Origin: Eledone cirrhosa
Lineage: Eukaryota
Reading direction: 5' to 3'
Length of the DNA: 64,000 nt
Assembly (NCBI GenBank): GCA_964016885.1
Contig: OZ024745.1
Coordinates: forward strand, 88,288,001 to 88,352,000
The translations under genes and the position numbers were made by a program. Positions within the stretch are counted from its first letter, which is position 1. Each line of letters opens with the position of its first letter. The notes under the pieces are model-generated. The model saw only the letters and a list, made by a program, of their open reading frames with translations. It did not search any database and was not told where the DNA came from. This document shows, one piece after another, positions 29,480 to 43,026 of this stretch.

Positions 29480-30420
29480 GTTTACCTCGACGTTACCCTC
29501 AATATATCGAATGGCTTGCATTACCCGTATAGAAAGCCGAATGATACGCTTAATTACATAAGTAAGCATTCTAACTATCCTGCCAGCATAAATAAGAACC
29601 TGGTAAGAAATGTTTCTCTGAGGCTTTCCCGTCTATCTAATAACGAGCGTATTTTCAACGACCATTCCACATATTACAATGAAGCTCTTGCTCCGAGTGG
29701 ATTTGTCGATAAGGTAGCATATACAGAGTACGAGAATAGACCTAGAAGAAATAGATCCCGACGCATTATATGGTATAACCCACAATATAATATGGAGATG
29801 GCCACACCATTAACTAAGATCTTTCTCTCCCTTATTATGAAGCATTTTCCCCCTACACATAAATATAGTAACATTTTTAATAGAAATACTATTAAAAGTT
29901 CTTACTCTACGATTTCTACCCTTGCACATAACATCACAGCTTCAAATTTAGCTAAACTACCTAGCCGTAGGAACACGTGAAACCCTGTAGTTAGTACTAA
30001 CTGTCATTGTAAGAATTGGGTTTATTGCCCCCTATCCGGGAAATGCCTCTCCAGTAACATTGTCTACAAATGTAAGCTTGAAACACCCACGTCCCGTAGG
30101 GCCTACAATAGATTCAAGCATCGTCTTTACATGCATATCTATTCTTTTCGTAACCCTTCAAGAAGGAATATGACGTCATTTTCAGCTTATATCTGGAGTC
30201 TAAAAGACAACCACACCCAATATAAGTTGCACTTGGAGATCCTAGCTAAAGCTAGATCGTATAACGGAAATAAAAGACCATGTGACCTCTGCGCCGCTGA
30301 GGCCCTGGACAATCACTACGCCAAAGACCACATCTCAAACAAAACATCTGAGGCAATTTCGGCTTGTAACATAAATTGCACAACACTTTCCTGTATTACA
30401 GCCCCACGTTATACCCTAAC
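29480..30420 (+). pseudogene. PLE (Naiad-like) RT thumb + GIY-YIG fragment
   Basis: [47 protein letters not shown]. Confidence 0.85.
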
Positions 30421-30783
30421 GGATAGTACGAATTATACGCGGATATTTTACGTCTTGATGTGGTAGCTAAGTATAGGTTATGTTTATCCCATTACTTATT
30501 TGTATAGGTAAGTATATATTACCTGTATACTCGTAGTATATTTGATTGTATATGTTATGGCGTATATATTATATATTTTGGTACATATACTTTTGGTTAT
30601 GTGTATACGTGAGTTTTGCGTCTGTGTGAGTATGCGGGTTTGTACGTATGTAGGGTGTATGTATATGTGTGCTTTGTGTTTTGGTTGACGTAGTCTGTGA
30701 ACTTATGTGTAATATACATGTAGGTGTGTGCGTGCGTTATATACGTATTTACGTGTGTATATTTATATACGTTTATTTAATTA

Positions 30784-31821
30784 CTAGCATTAAAGCCAGG
30801 CGTTGCCCGGGGTCAGTAAGTTACCAAAGTTAGGTTGCACCACACATTTTATGGCAGCACTTTTTTGTATGCCAGGCACTGGGTGAATGAATTGCAGAGC
30901 TGGACGGTCGAAGCAGGAGCTGCGCCAGCAGTGACAATTGTAGTTTCGCCTATGGATATAATCTCTGTGCAAAGAAGTGTTGAAATTTATTGTTTCACAG
31001 TACTTGCGCAACACGTGCGTAGACGATGCCAGCCGAACAACAGAGCTGCGATGGTGTTGTTCTGCATGGTGTCTAATGTGCGTTTTCTAAATTTAAGACA
31101 GTAGAGAGGATGTGTGTTAGGGGGGAGAGTTAGCTGCTGTTTCTAGCAGGTTTAGTGACCTCATAGAGGATATGTTTTCTAACTTTAAGACAGTAGGGAG
31201 TGGTGTGATATGGGGGAGAGTTAGCTGCTGTTTGTAGCAGGTTTAGTGACCTCATAGAAGATATTATTGTGTATAGTAAATGAACTGATACTTCTTTCTT
31301 CCACGTTCGTTGATAGATGTTTTAAAAAAGACTTATCGCTATTTTTTTTTTGTTGTTGAATAAATTTATCTGTTGCTTTTGAATTATTGTTGTTTCGTAT
31401 GAAATGTATTAAGTTTCTTTGACATTGAAGTAAATAAATGTTTGACCGTTCCAAACTCAAAAACAAACGTTCTCTCACTCTCTCTCCCTCTCCCTCTCTC
31501 GCTCTCTCTTAAAATGTGTAAGTTTAATCGTATATAAGAGAAAGTTGCAGCATGTATGTAGATTTATCGAATTTTAAGGGGAGTAGAGAGAAGAAACCTG
31601 ATTGTATTAGAGTGGTAAAGCGTCATGCATTTAGTTTTATCGATTATTTCCGTAATTGTGGGTGAGTTTGAATGAAATAAATAGTCGTTGACCTAAGTTA
31701 GACCATTTACAACATTCTTACAGACTTTGAATCGAATCGGTTTGAAATTGGGCAAATTATAAACATGGAACATGCACACACACACACACAACAACAACAA
31801 TCTGCCTTTTATAGATAATGA
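30784..31821 (-). mobile_element. Non-autonomous Helitron
   Basis: Minus strand starts A^TCATTATCTATAAAAGGCAG followed by a microsatellite. It ends with the GC hairpin CCCGGGCAACGCCTGG then ..TGCTAG^T. Internal ~100-bp direct repeat at 31080-31265. Confidence 0.6.
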
Positions 31822-31899
31822 TGTAATCACGCACACACACACGCATATATGTATATATATATATATATTTTATATATATTTTTATCTGTATTTGGTGTA

Positions 31900-32715
31900 T
31901 AGATTCGTACGCGTGCAGGTACAGGCGTTGCGTGGGTTCTGTATGTGCGTGCGGGTTTTTCTTTCTTTTTTTTTGTGTACGTGCGTGTATTTGTATACCT
32001 ATGTCGAGTGTTTTCGCGTATGCTTGTGTATATACGTATGTGGATGTGTGTATGTATTTATTTAATTTCAATTACCTCGTGTATTTTTATTTACTTTATT
32101 CTTAACTGTGAAGCCGAGAATCATTCAGTTTCCTAGTTAGAATTTTAGTCTACGACTTCAGTTATACCAGTTACGAGGTTTTGTCTTTGATTGCAATTGT
32201 TCTCCACGCTCCACATATGATGCATTATCTTCGTTTTTTCCGTTCATTGGCAGAGAATGTTTCCACGAACCAAAGTATCGTCTTCCTGTCTTCCTCCGGT
32301 TACAACGCTTTTTGAAATATCCACTTCTGCTTTTACAGATTGACTTTGTTAGTTTCAGAAGATCCCGTTAAGGGTGAAGCAGCGATTCTTTGCTTGAAGT
32401 TTAATCTGTTATTTTAATATATATATATATATATATAATGGAAAAATTTGAGCAGAGACAAAACAGAGAGGCAGTACAACGAATGTTTATTAATTTCACG
32501 CTCTGGAGAGTGGGGTGTTAAAGTAAATAAAAATACACGAGGTAATTGAAATTAAATAAATACATACACAAATCCAGATACGTACATACACAAGCATACG
32601 CGAAAACACTCGACATAGGTATACAAATACACGCACGTACACAAAAAAAAAGAAAGAAAAACCCGTACGCACATACAGAACCCACGCAACGCCTGTACCT
32701 GCACGCGTACGAATA
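31900..32715. repeat. ~200-bp inverted repeats
   Basis: 31903-32098 is the reverse complement of 32519-32714. The spacer contains a segment (32350-32415) shared with the Helitron at 51630-51695. Confidence 0.8.
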
Positions 32716-32719
32716 TATA

Positions 32720-32945
32720 TAGAAAAGAATGAAACGAAATTTCATTTCTCACTCTTAGTACGGCCTGAACACTCTACGGCGTAATTCTGACTGTTTGTTT
32801 ACAAACAAACCGACCATTATAATAAATGTTCGGTAAACCCATACGTACATATATATATGTGTGCATGTATGTATATATATATACATACTTTCTGTACGTC
32901 TGTATACATATATGTATGTACGTATACATACATACTTATATATAT
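32720..32945 (+). repeat. Partial copy of the retrozyme-like family with a short inverted 3' end
   Basis: Inverted GAAAAGAATGAAACGAAATTTCATTTCTCAC, then sense TGTTTGTTTACAAACAAACCGACCATTATAATAAATGTTCGG. Confidence 0.7.
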
Positions 32946-32951
32946 ATATAT

Positions 32952-33668
32952 ACTCGCTTTACGCGTTTCTATTGTCCTAATAACTTATTTTAGTTATTAT
33001 CGCTCCAACGTGAGGGATATGATTTTTAATGCGATGAAATACCCATGATCGTTTGGTAAATTACTGATGAGGGACTCATTTTATAACATGTTATCCATGT
33101 GCAACCAGCAGTATTCTTCTCACCCATATTTTCATATATTTACCCAAACTGCAATTCTGTGTTTCTCTCTTTCTCTCTTACTGCTCCCCGTTCTCTCTGT
33201 TTCTCTTACTTTCTTTCGTCCCCTCTGCCATGTCAGTTAACTCTTTCTCTCTACTGACCTCTTCCTCGCACTCCCACTCACTCAGTCTCTGTTTCTCCTC
33301 TTCTTTCTTCCTCCCGTTCGCTGAGAAAACGGTTTTCATTCTTTCTAACACCGGATTCACTAGCGAAAGGTCTGTTTTCCGACTCGCTCATATATTCACA
33401 CAGCTTAAGCTGAAAGAATAACTATGTTGCTTGTGTTTATTTCCATCTTCGGTTAGCTTCCCCCTGTGTTGTTTACTTGTCTCACTCGCTTTACGCGTTT
33501 CTATTGTCCTAATAACTTATTTTAGTTATTATCGCTCCAACGTGAGGTATATGATTTTTAATGCGATGAAATACCCATGATCGTTTGGTAAATCACTAAT
33601 GAGGGACTCATTTTATAACATGTTATCCATGTGCAACCAGCAGTATTCTTCTCACCCATATTTTCATA
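32952..33668. repeat. ~185-bp direct repeats about 533 bp apart (pseudo-LTR-like)
   Basis: 32952-33137 matches 33485-33668. Confidence 0.75.
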
Positions 33669-33691
33669 TATATATATATATATATATATAC

Positions 33692-34385
33692 AATAACGAA
33701 AAGCGAAGTAGTTTCAGATGTTCAATTCCTTTAATAATAAAGCTGTCATATATATATTTCAATGGCGACAGTGGACACTGTTCCGTTCGCCAGTGCCGCG
33801 ACATCGTCAGACAGCTAGTTACATAATAAGGTTATGTTTCCGAGGCAATCCAAATTGAATCGACATGGAAACGGAAGAAGTGTGTGCTCTTGGGTTCTTC
33901 ATCCGTTCTCTTGTGAGTACCAATTTGCATCCACCGGTCTGCGCAGGCGCAGATCCGGAGGAAGTTGACCATTAGCTACCGCTGAGTTCAACGAAATTCG
34001 CCTAGGCAGTTCCCCCTCTCAACCAAACAATGACCTATTCAGGCCTATAATATATAGCTTACTGCTAGCCACCCCGTCAGTGGCAGTCAGCCGAAAGCCA
34101 GGAGGGTTGGGAGTGTGTGAGTATCAATAGGTCTCAATACTACCCCACATTAAGCATGGACAGTATAATTGACCATCAACCTCTAAGAGAAAATTTACTT
34201 AGTTCTAGGTATTATGGTTTCACAGGATTGCCTCGGAAATATAACCTTATTATGTAACTAGCTGCTTGACGATGAAGCGGCACTGGCGCACGGAACAGTC
34301 TAGCCACTGTCGCCATTGAAATATATAACACAGCTTTATTATTAAAGGTCTTGAACATCTGAAACTACTTCGCTTTTCCTTATTC
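33692..34385. mobile_element. Non-coding element with ~160-bp inverted repeats, each holding a hammerhead
   Basis: 33692-33851 is the reverse complement of 34225-34385. Minus strand 33741-33816 reads AGCTGT-CTGACGA-..-GAAA-TATATA-TA-TG-ACAGCT. Confidence 0.8.
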
Positions 34386-34461
34386 GATATTTACTCCGTC
34401 ACTCCTATATGCAATAAGTACGTAGAGTGCTTGAATTGAATTGCATCAATATTTATCTTAA

Positions 34462-34555
<94 letters not shown>

Positions 34556-34720
34556 GGGAAGAAGACGCACGAGGTGACGGAGGTCATGAAATCGCTTCCG
34601 TAAGTTTTGAATTTTTAACATATTTAAATCATTTGTGAAATAACAACTCTTAGTACAAATGCTACGTAAAGCACCCGGCTTGAGCCCCAAAAAATTCGGA
34701 CCCAAAATATATTGTTATAA

Positions 34721-35367
34721 GGCTCAAATATTCAAATATTCAACTTTGTATTGTACACTGTATATCCAAAAAAAAAAATGGCTATAAATGGAAGAAGAAG
34801 AACCCCCCCTCCTCTCCTCTGGCTACACTATATAGGACAGCTAAACTCACCAACACCAGAAACTAGATACACCGCCCACCCCATCATCTGTGTACACTAA
34901 ACACAACAGCATTTTCACCTTCACCGCCACCGCTCACTACGGCCATCATTACCACCACTATCCCATCACCGCCGCCACCACCCCTTGACTCCTTCACTGC
35001 TGCTGCCACCGTTACAGCACCATCACTACAGTAATACGGCTCAAATATTCAAATATTCAACTTTGTATTGTACACTGTATATCAAAAAAAAAATAAATAA
35101 AATGGCTATAAATGGAAGAAGAAGAACCCCCCCCCCCTCCTCTCCTCTGGCTACACTATATAGGACAGCGAAACTCACCAACACCAGAAACTAGATACAC
35201 CACCCACCCCATCATCTGTGTACACTAAACACAACAGCATTTTCACCTTCACCGCCACCGCTCACTACGGCCATCATTACCACCACTATCCCATCACCGC
35301 CGCCACCACCCCCTGACTCCTTCACTGCTGCTGCCACCGCTACAGCACCATCACTACAGTAATACGG
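34721..35367 (+). repeat. ~320-bp tandem duplication upstream of the Dong ORF
   Basis: 34721-35037 matches 35038-35367. Confidence 0.9.
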
Positions 35368-35936
35368 TCGCATCACCGCCACCACTGCCTCGGTATCGAC
35401 ATCACCGCCACCACTGTCTCAGTATCGCCAACGCCGCTAGTCTCTGCTGGCTACCACTTCCACATTATAGAATTCCTACTACTAACAAAGAGGAAGGCAT
35501 CAAAATATATAGATAGACTCAAAAGAAAAAAGAAAAAACAAACAACAAAAGCAGCACAGCAACAACAGTAAAAAACGAGAAAAACAGAGAAAAACAAAAA
35601 CAAAAAAAGAAACCCCCAAAACGTAAAGAAAATAAGAATGAAGAGAGAAGCAGGCGGACGGACAGAGAAGAGGGGGGAAAAAGTAAAACTTAAAAAACAA
35701 AAACTAAGTCAGACATTCGAATACTACATTACAATGAAACTTATGCTTATTCATTTTTGGGGCCCTTTCTGCCCGTGTGTTTGTTTGTTTATGTGTGTCC
35801 GTATACAGCGTGGTGATAATGCCACACAAGGGCCAAGTGGGATGGCGGATCCACAGATGGCTATGTAAACATACATTCGCCAATCCTCGATAAGAGTGTT
35901 TAAATATCGAACATAAACAGTTCGAATAACGGTGAA

Positions 35937-38900
35937 ATGGAGACTAGAACGTCATGTGACAGACTCTCACCCAACAGGTGCCCCCTGGCTCAGCAGCAGG
36001 AACCTGACTGTCAACGAAATACTGCTGATGTTGTAGGAAGAAGAAGAAGGAAAGGGGCCAGAACCAACTGGACGAAAGAATTGAATAGAACTGTTATGCA
36101 ATGCTACCTGAAAAGTAACCCCAAGGAGAGGGGCTACAGGAGACGGATGCATAACATCTGGAACGAGATTGGTTTATTTAAATTAGATGAACAAAAATTG
36201 GCCGGGCAGGCTCGGGTAATAAGAACTAATGGGTGGATAAGCGAGCTGGAACTGGAGGAACTGAGCAGAGAGAATGGCTTGGAGATGGCGGGTGTAGTAT
36301 GCCAGACAAGCGAGCCGGCGGGAAATGAAGGTGAGGAGGTCCTGAGAGCGGAGGAACCACCCGAAGCAGACAATGATCTGAATACTGAGATAAATAATAC
36401 CTGGAACAGAGATACGGCCACTGAGGAGATGAATGCTGACGGGCTAGGACAAGATTCGGTTGACATCCTAAATTTAGTGGTAGATGAGTTGAACAATGAT
36501 AGTGGGAGACCTATGAACCTAAGATTTGTAGACAGGAAAAAGTTAAAAGAAACAACAGCTAAGGTAAACAAAGTCATCCCATACCTTGAGGCGAGGAGTC
36601 TTCACCAGTGCAACAATATCCTCAAAGCAACAGCAAATACGGTGAGGAAACTACTTGGTATAAAAGCGAGAGGAAACAACAGACAAGAAAGAGCAGAGCC
36701 GTGGTGGAAGAAGCGACTGAGTGGGCAAATCGGGGAAATGAGAAATGACATAGGAAAGCTTGAGTCACTACTGAATGGGACACTAAAAAACATAGGCACT
36801 AAAAATAGACTGGAAATAAAATACAAAACTAGGAGTAAAAAGCTAAATATTATCATAGAGGAATTGAAGCAACGCATTGTAGCAAAGAGTGCCAAAATCA
36901 GGCGATACGAGAACAGAGTCAGTCAGTATAAACAGAACCGCATGTTCGACAACAACCAGAAGATGCTGTTTGGACAGCTTGAGGGGAAAGAAAGAGGCAC
37001 CGACTTGATCCCTGGGGCGGAACAAGCTAAAACATTCTGGAGAGGAATATGGGAGCAGGATGTTAGACACAATGCCCAGGCAGGGTGGATTGAGACAGTA
37101 CAGAGGGAGATCGGTGAGCAGGCACAGCAACAGACTGATTTGAGTATCACAGTTGAAACTCTTAAGGGGCAAGCCAAAAAACTAACCAACTGGAAATCAC
37201 CAGGCCCAGATGGTGTGCAGGGGTATTGGATTAAACATTTAACATCCCTCCACCCGAAGCTGACGGCCATGTTCAATGACTGCTTGGTGTCGGGTGAGGT
37301 GCCAGAGTGGTTGACAAAAGGTACCACAGTTCTGATAATGAAAGACCGAATCAAGGGTAATGATGTTACCAACTATAGACCTATCACATGTCTGCCCGTA
37401 ATGTGGAAACTGTTGACGAGCATTGTGTCTGAGGAAATCTACCATCACCTCCACACAAACAACTTGTTGCCGGACGAACAGAAAGGATGCCGAAAGAAGT
37501 CACGTGGTACAAAGGACCATTGCTTATTGATAAGATGGTAATGGGGAATAGCAGGAGGAGACACACTGATCTTGCCATGGGATGGATAGACTACAGAAAG
37601 GCATTTGACATGGTGCCTCATACCTGGATCACCAAAAGCCTGGAGATCTTCAGGGTGGCAGATAACATCAGACAGTTGCTGGGCAGGAGTATGGGGTCCT
37701 GGGAGACAGAGTTGACATCAACTGGAGTATCCTTGGGAAGCGTGAAGATCAAGAGAGGTATCTTCCAGGGAGATAGCCTGTCCCCTCTGTTGTTTGTCCT
37801 TGCCCTGATGCCCTTGACCATTATGCTGCGAAAAGTGAGAGCAGGATACAAGTTGGGAAGGGGAGAGCTTACCATCAATCACCTCCTCTTCATGGACGAT
37901 CTTAAGCTCTTCGGGAAAAGTGAGAAGGAGTTGGATGTGCTTGTTGACACTGTCCGTATTTTCAGCAGTGATATATGTATGCAGTTTGGTATTGGTAAAT
38001 GTGGAGTCATTGTGATGAGGAGGGGTAGGTTGAGCAGAAGTAACGGGATCCAGATACCAACAGGTGAGATGATAAAGGAAATTGACTCTGAGGAAGGATA
38101 CAAGTATTTGGGCGTTCTGGAGGCTGATGGCATAAAGAACAAAAAAATGAAGGAATTGTTAAGAACTGAATACATTCGGAGAGTAAGGAGCGTACTGAAG
38201 TCACATCTGAACAGCAGAAATGCCATAAGCGCAGTAAATTCCCGAGCTGTGTCTATTATTAGGTACAGTGCGGGAATTCTGAGATGGAATGTTGCTGAAC
38301 AAAAAGAAATGGATAGGAAGACTAGGAAGCTATTGACTATCTACAACATGTTCCACAAGAGGAGTGATGTCGATAGACTCTACCTAAGGAGATCTGAGGG
38401 TGGAAGAGGTCTTATCAGCATAGAGGACTGTGTTCAGATGGAGAAAAACAACCTATACAAATACGTGACCTATAGTAAGGAGCCAATGCTCAGAGCTGTA
38501 CTGAAGGAGGGGACAGTAGGCCAGGGGATACCCAAGGAGGAAATAACATCAAGGAGGAAGAGCAGCCTTAAGGGAAAATCCCTTCATAGTACCTTCTTTG
38601 AGAAAACTGAATTTAGAGATCCACAGACATGGAACTGGTTGAGAAGAGGAGACCTCAAAAAGGCTACAGAAGGAATGCTAATGGCTGCGCAGGAGCAGGC
38701 CCTCAAAACGAAGTGGTTGAAGCACCATATCTACAAGGAGGAGGCTAGCCCACTGTGCAGGATCTGTGGAGAGAGAGAGGAGACTGTGGCTCACATTGTG
38801 TCCGAGTGTAAACACCTAGCCCAGACCCACTATAAGGGCTGGAGACACGATGTGATGGGCAGGGTGATCCACTGGCACCTGTGCAAAGTAAACAATCTAC

Positions 38901-39328
38901 CACATTCTGAGAAATGGTATGAGCATAGGCCAGAGGCGGTGATGGAGAACAGTCAGGTGAAGGTGCTGTGGGATTTTAGGATACAGACGGACAAAAAACT
39001 GGAACACAATAGACCTGACCTGGTGGTTGTGGACAAAGAAAAAAGATCGTGCCTGATTGTGGATGTGGCCTGCCCGTTCGACACGAGAGTGCAAGAGAAG
39101 GAGAGGGAGAAAATTAACCGATACCAGGACCTAAAGTGGGAGGTGAAAAGGATTTGGAACTGCCATGAAGTCAAAGTGATCCCGATTGTCATAGGCGCAC
39201 TGGGGACTATCTCCAAAGGTTTCCAGGGATGGTTAAAGAAAATCGGCCCCTTCACGCTTTTTGGAACGCTTCAAAAGGCATGCTTGCTTGGAACGGCAAG
39301 AACCCTCCGATACGTCCTGAATATCTGA
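35937..39328 (+). CDS. RT + CCHC + restriction-like endonuclease polyprotein (~1130 aa, one frameshift near 37518)
   Basis: [55 protein letters not shown]...C, RH, RPD, DVACP, K..RYQDL. Confidence 0.9.
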
Positions 39329-39447
39329 GGCTGCAGGTAGTGGCTTGATATTCAATCCAACGGACTTTCCAGTTAACCAACATCAATGACTGAGATTCAA
39401 GGAATAACAATAACAATAATAATAATATTAATAATAATAATAATAAT

Positions 39448-39624
39448 AATTGTTTCTACTTTAGGCACAAGGCCAGCAATTACCCAGTGCATTACTGGTA
39501 CTTTATTTTATCGACCCCGTAAGGATGAATGGCAAAGTCAACCTCGGCGGGATTTGAACTCAGATCGTAAAGGGACGTAACTATGCTGGAAAGCATGGCG
39601 TCCGGACTTTTACTGATACTGCCA
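39448..39624 (-). mobile_element. tRNA-derived SINE (same family as 9955-10150)
   Basis: Nearly identical to the copy at 54017-54205. Confidence 0.85.
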
Positions 39625-39639
39625 ATAATAATAATAATT

Positions 39640-42600
39640 GAAAGGGACCAGAACCAACTGGACGAAAAAATTGAATAGAACTGTTATGCAATGTTACCTG
39701 AAGAGTAACCCCAAGGAGAAAGGCTATATGAAACGGATGCATAACATCTGGAACGAGATTGGTGTATTTAAATTAGATGAACACAAATTGGCCAGGCAGG
39801 CTCGGGTAATAAGAACTAATGGGTGGATAAGCGAGCTGGAACTGGAGGAACTGAGCAGAGAGATTAGCTTGGAGATGGAGGGTGGAGTATGCCAGGCAAA
39901 CAAGCCAGTGGGAAATGAAGGTGAAGAGGTAGAGAGAACGGAGGAACCACCCGAAGCAGACAATGATCTGAATGCAGGAGATAAATAATACCTGGAACAG
40001 AGATACGGCCACTGAGGAGATGAATGCTGATGGGCTAGGACAAAATTTGGTTGATATCCTAAACTTAGTTGTAGATGAATTGAACAATGATAGTGGGAAA
40101 CCTATGAACCTAAGATTTGTAGAGAGAAAAAAGTTAAAAGAAACAACAGCTAAGGTAAACAAAGTCATCCCATACCTTGAGGCGAGGAGCCTTCACCAGT
40201 GCAACAATATCCTCAAAGCAACAGCAAATACGGCGAGGAAACTACTTGGTATAAAAGCGAGAAGAAACAACAGACAAGAAAGAGCAGAGCCTTGTTGGAA
40301 GAAACGACTGAGTGGTCAAATCAGGGAAATGAGAAATGACATTGGAAAGCTTGAGTCCCTACTGAATGGGACACTAAAAAACATAGACACTAAAAATAGA
40401 CTGGAAATAAAGTACACAACTAGGAGGAAAAAGCTAAATATTATCATAGAGGACCCGAAGCAACGCATTGTAGCAAAGAGTGCAAACATTAGACGATACG
40501 AGAACAGAGTCAGCCAGTATTGACAGAACCGCATGTTCGACAACAACCAGACGATGCTGTTTGGACAGCTTGAAGAGAAAGAAAGAGGCAACGACTTGAT
40601 CCCTGAGGCGGAACAAACTAAAACATTCTGGAGAGGAATATGGGAGCAGGATGTTAGACATAATGACCAGGCAGTGTGTATTGAGACAGAACAGAAGGAG
40701 ATTAGTGAACAGGCACACCAACAAACTGATTTGAGTATCACAGTTGAAACTCTTAAAGGGCAGGCCAGAAAACTAACCAACTGGAAATCACCAGGCCCAG
40801 ATGGTGTGCAGGAGTATTGGATTAAAAATATAACATCCCTCCACCCGAAACTGACAACCATGTTCAACGACTGCTTGATGTCAGGTGAGGTACCAGAGTG
40901 GTTGACAAAAGGTACCACAGTTCTGATAATGAAAGACCGAATCAAGGGTAATGATGTTACCAACTATAGACCTATCACATGTCTGTCCGTAATGTGGAAA
41001 CTGTTGACAAGCATTATGTCTGAGGAAATCTACCATCGCCAAAAACAACTTGTTACCGGACGAACAGAAAGGATGCCGAAAGAAGTCACGTGGTACAAAG
41101 GACCAGTTACCTATTGATAAGATGGTAATGAGTAATTGCAAGAGGAGACACACTGGTCTTGCCATGGGATGGATAGACTACAAAAAGGCATTTGACATGG
41201 TGCCTCATTCTTGGATCATCAAAAACCTGGAGATCTTCAAGGTGGCAGATAACATCAGACAGTTGTTGGGCAAAAGTATGAAGTCCTGGGAAACAGAGTT
41301 ATCATCAACTGGAGAATCCTTGGGAAGCGTGAAGATCAAGAGAGGTATCTTCCAGAGAGATAGTCTGTCCCCTCTGTTGTTTGTCCTAGCCCTGATGCCC
41401 CTGACCAGTGTACTGCGAAAAGTGAGAGCAGGATACAGGTTGGGAAAGGGAGGGCTTGCCTTCAATCACCTCCTCTTCATGGACGATCTTAAGCTCTTCG
41501 GGAAGAGTGAGAAGGAGTTGGATGTGCTTGTTGACACTGTCCGTATTTTCAGCAATGATATATGTATACAATTTGGTATTAGTAAGTGTGGAGTCATTGT
41601 GATGAAGAGGGGGTAAGTTGAGCAGAAGTAACGGAATCCAGATACCAACGGGTGAGATGATAAAGGAAATTGACTCTGATGAAGGATACAAGTATTTGGG
41701 CGTTCTGGAGGCTGATGACATCAAGAACAAAAAAATGAAGGAATTGAAAAAAACTGAATACATTCGGAGAGTAAGGAGGGTATTAAAGTCACATCTGAAC
41801 AGTAGGAATGGCATAAGTGCAGTAAATTCCCGAGCTGTGTCTATTATTAGGTACAGAACGGGAATTCTGAGATGGAATGTTGCTGAACAGAAAGAAATGG
41901 ATAGGAAGACTAGGAAGCTATTGACTATCTACAACATGTTCCACAAGAGGAGTGATGTCGATAGACTCTACTTAAGGAGATCTGAGGGTGGAAGACGTCT
42001 TATCAGCATAGAGGACTGTGTTCAGATGGAGAAAAACAACCTATACAAATACGTGACTGATAGTAAGGAGCCAATGCTCAGAACTGTACTGAAGGAGGGG
42101 ACAGTAGGCCAGGGGATGTCCAAGGAAGAAATAACATCAAGGAGAAAGAGCAGCCTTCAGGAAAATACCCTTCATAGTACCTTATTTGAGAAAACTGAAT
42201 TTAGAGATCCAGACACATGGAACTGGTTGAAAAGAGGAGACCTTAAAAAGACTACAGAAGGAAAGTTAATGGCTGCGCAGGAGCAGGCCCTCAAAACGAA
42301 GTGGTTGAAACACCATATTTACAAGGACGAGGCTAGCCCACTGTGCAGGATCTGTGGAGAGAGAGAGGAGACTGTGGCTCACATTGTATCCGAGTGTAAA
42401 CACCTAGCCCAGACTCACTATAAGGGCTGGAGACATGATGTGATGGGTAGGGTGATCCACTGGCACCTATGCAAAGTAAACAATTTACCACATTCTGAGA
42501 AGTGGTATGAGCATAAGCCAGAGGCGCTGATAGAAAACGATCAGGTGAAGGTGCTGTGGGATTTTAGGATACAGACGGACAAGAAACTGGAACACAATAG

Positions 42601-42990
42601 ACCTGACCTGGTGGTTGTGGACACAAGAAAAAAGATCATGCCTGATTGTAGATGTGGCCTGCCCATTCGACACGAAAGTGCAAGAGAAGGAGAGGGAGAA
42701 AATTAACCGATACCAGGACTTAAAGTGGGAGGTAAAAAGGATTTGGAACTGCCATGAAGTCAAAGTGATCCCGATTGTCATAGGCGCACTAGGGACTATC
42801 TCAAAAAGTTTCGAGGGATGGTTAAAGAAAATTGGCCCCTTCACGCTTTTTGGAACGCTTCAAAGGCATGCTTGCTGGGAACAGCAAGTACCCTCCGATA
42901 CGTCCCGAATATCTGAGGCTGCAGGTAGTGGCTTGATATTCATTTCAACAAACTTTCCGTTTAACTAACATCAATGACTGAGACTCAAAG
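39640..42990 (+). mobile_element. R4/Dong copy 2 (slightly 5'-truncated, several frameshifts and stops)
   Basis: Colinear with copy 1 from position 36050. Ends in an (AAT)n tail. Confidence 0.92.
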
Positions 42991-43026
42991 AGTAATAACA
43001 ACAATAATAATAATAATAATAATAAT

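Larger units (their letters stand above)
34555..39402 (+). mobile_element. R4/Dong-clade RLE non-LTR retrotransposon, copy 1 (5' boundary uncertain)
   Basis: Lies between (TAA)n at 34496-34553 and an (AAT)n tail from 39403. Single long RT-RLE ORF. Confidence 0.85.

Noticed and set aside
35755-35890. HDV-like ribozyme upstream of the Dong ORF
   Set aside because: Helices exist (GGCCCTT/AAGGGCC; GGATGGCGGA/TTCGCCAATCC), but the L3 UCC, P1.1 and nested P2 could not be assigned.
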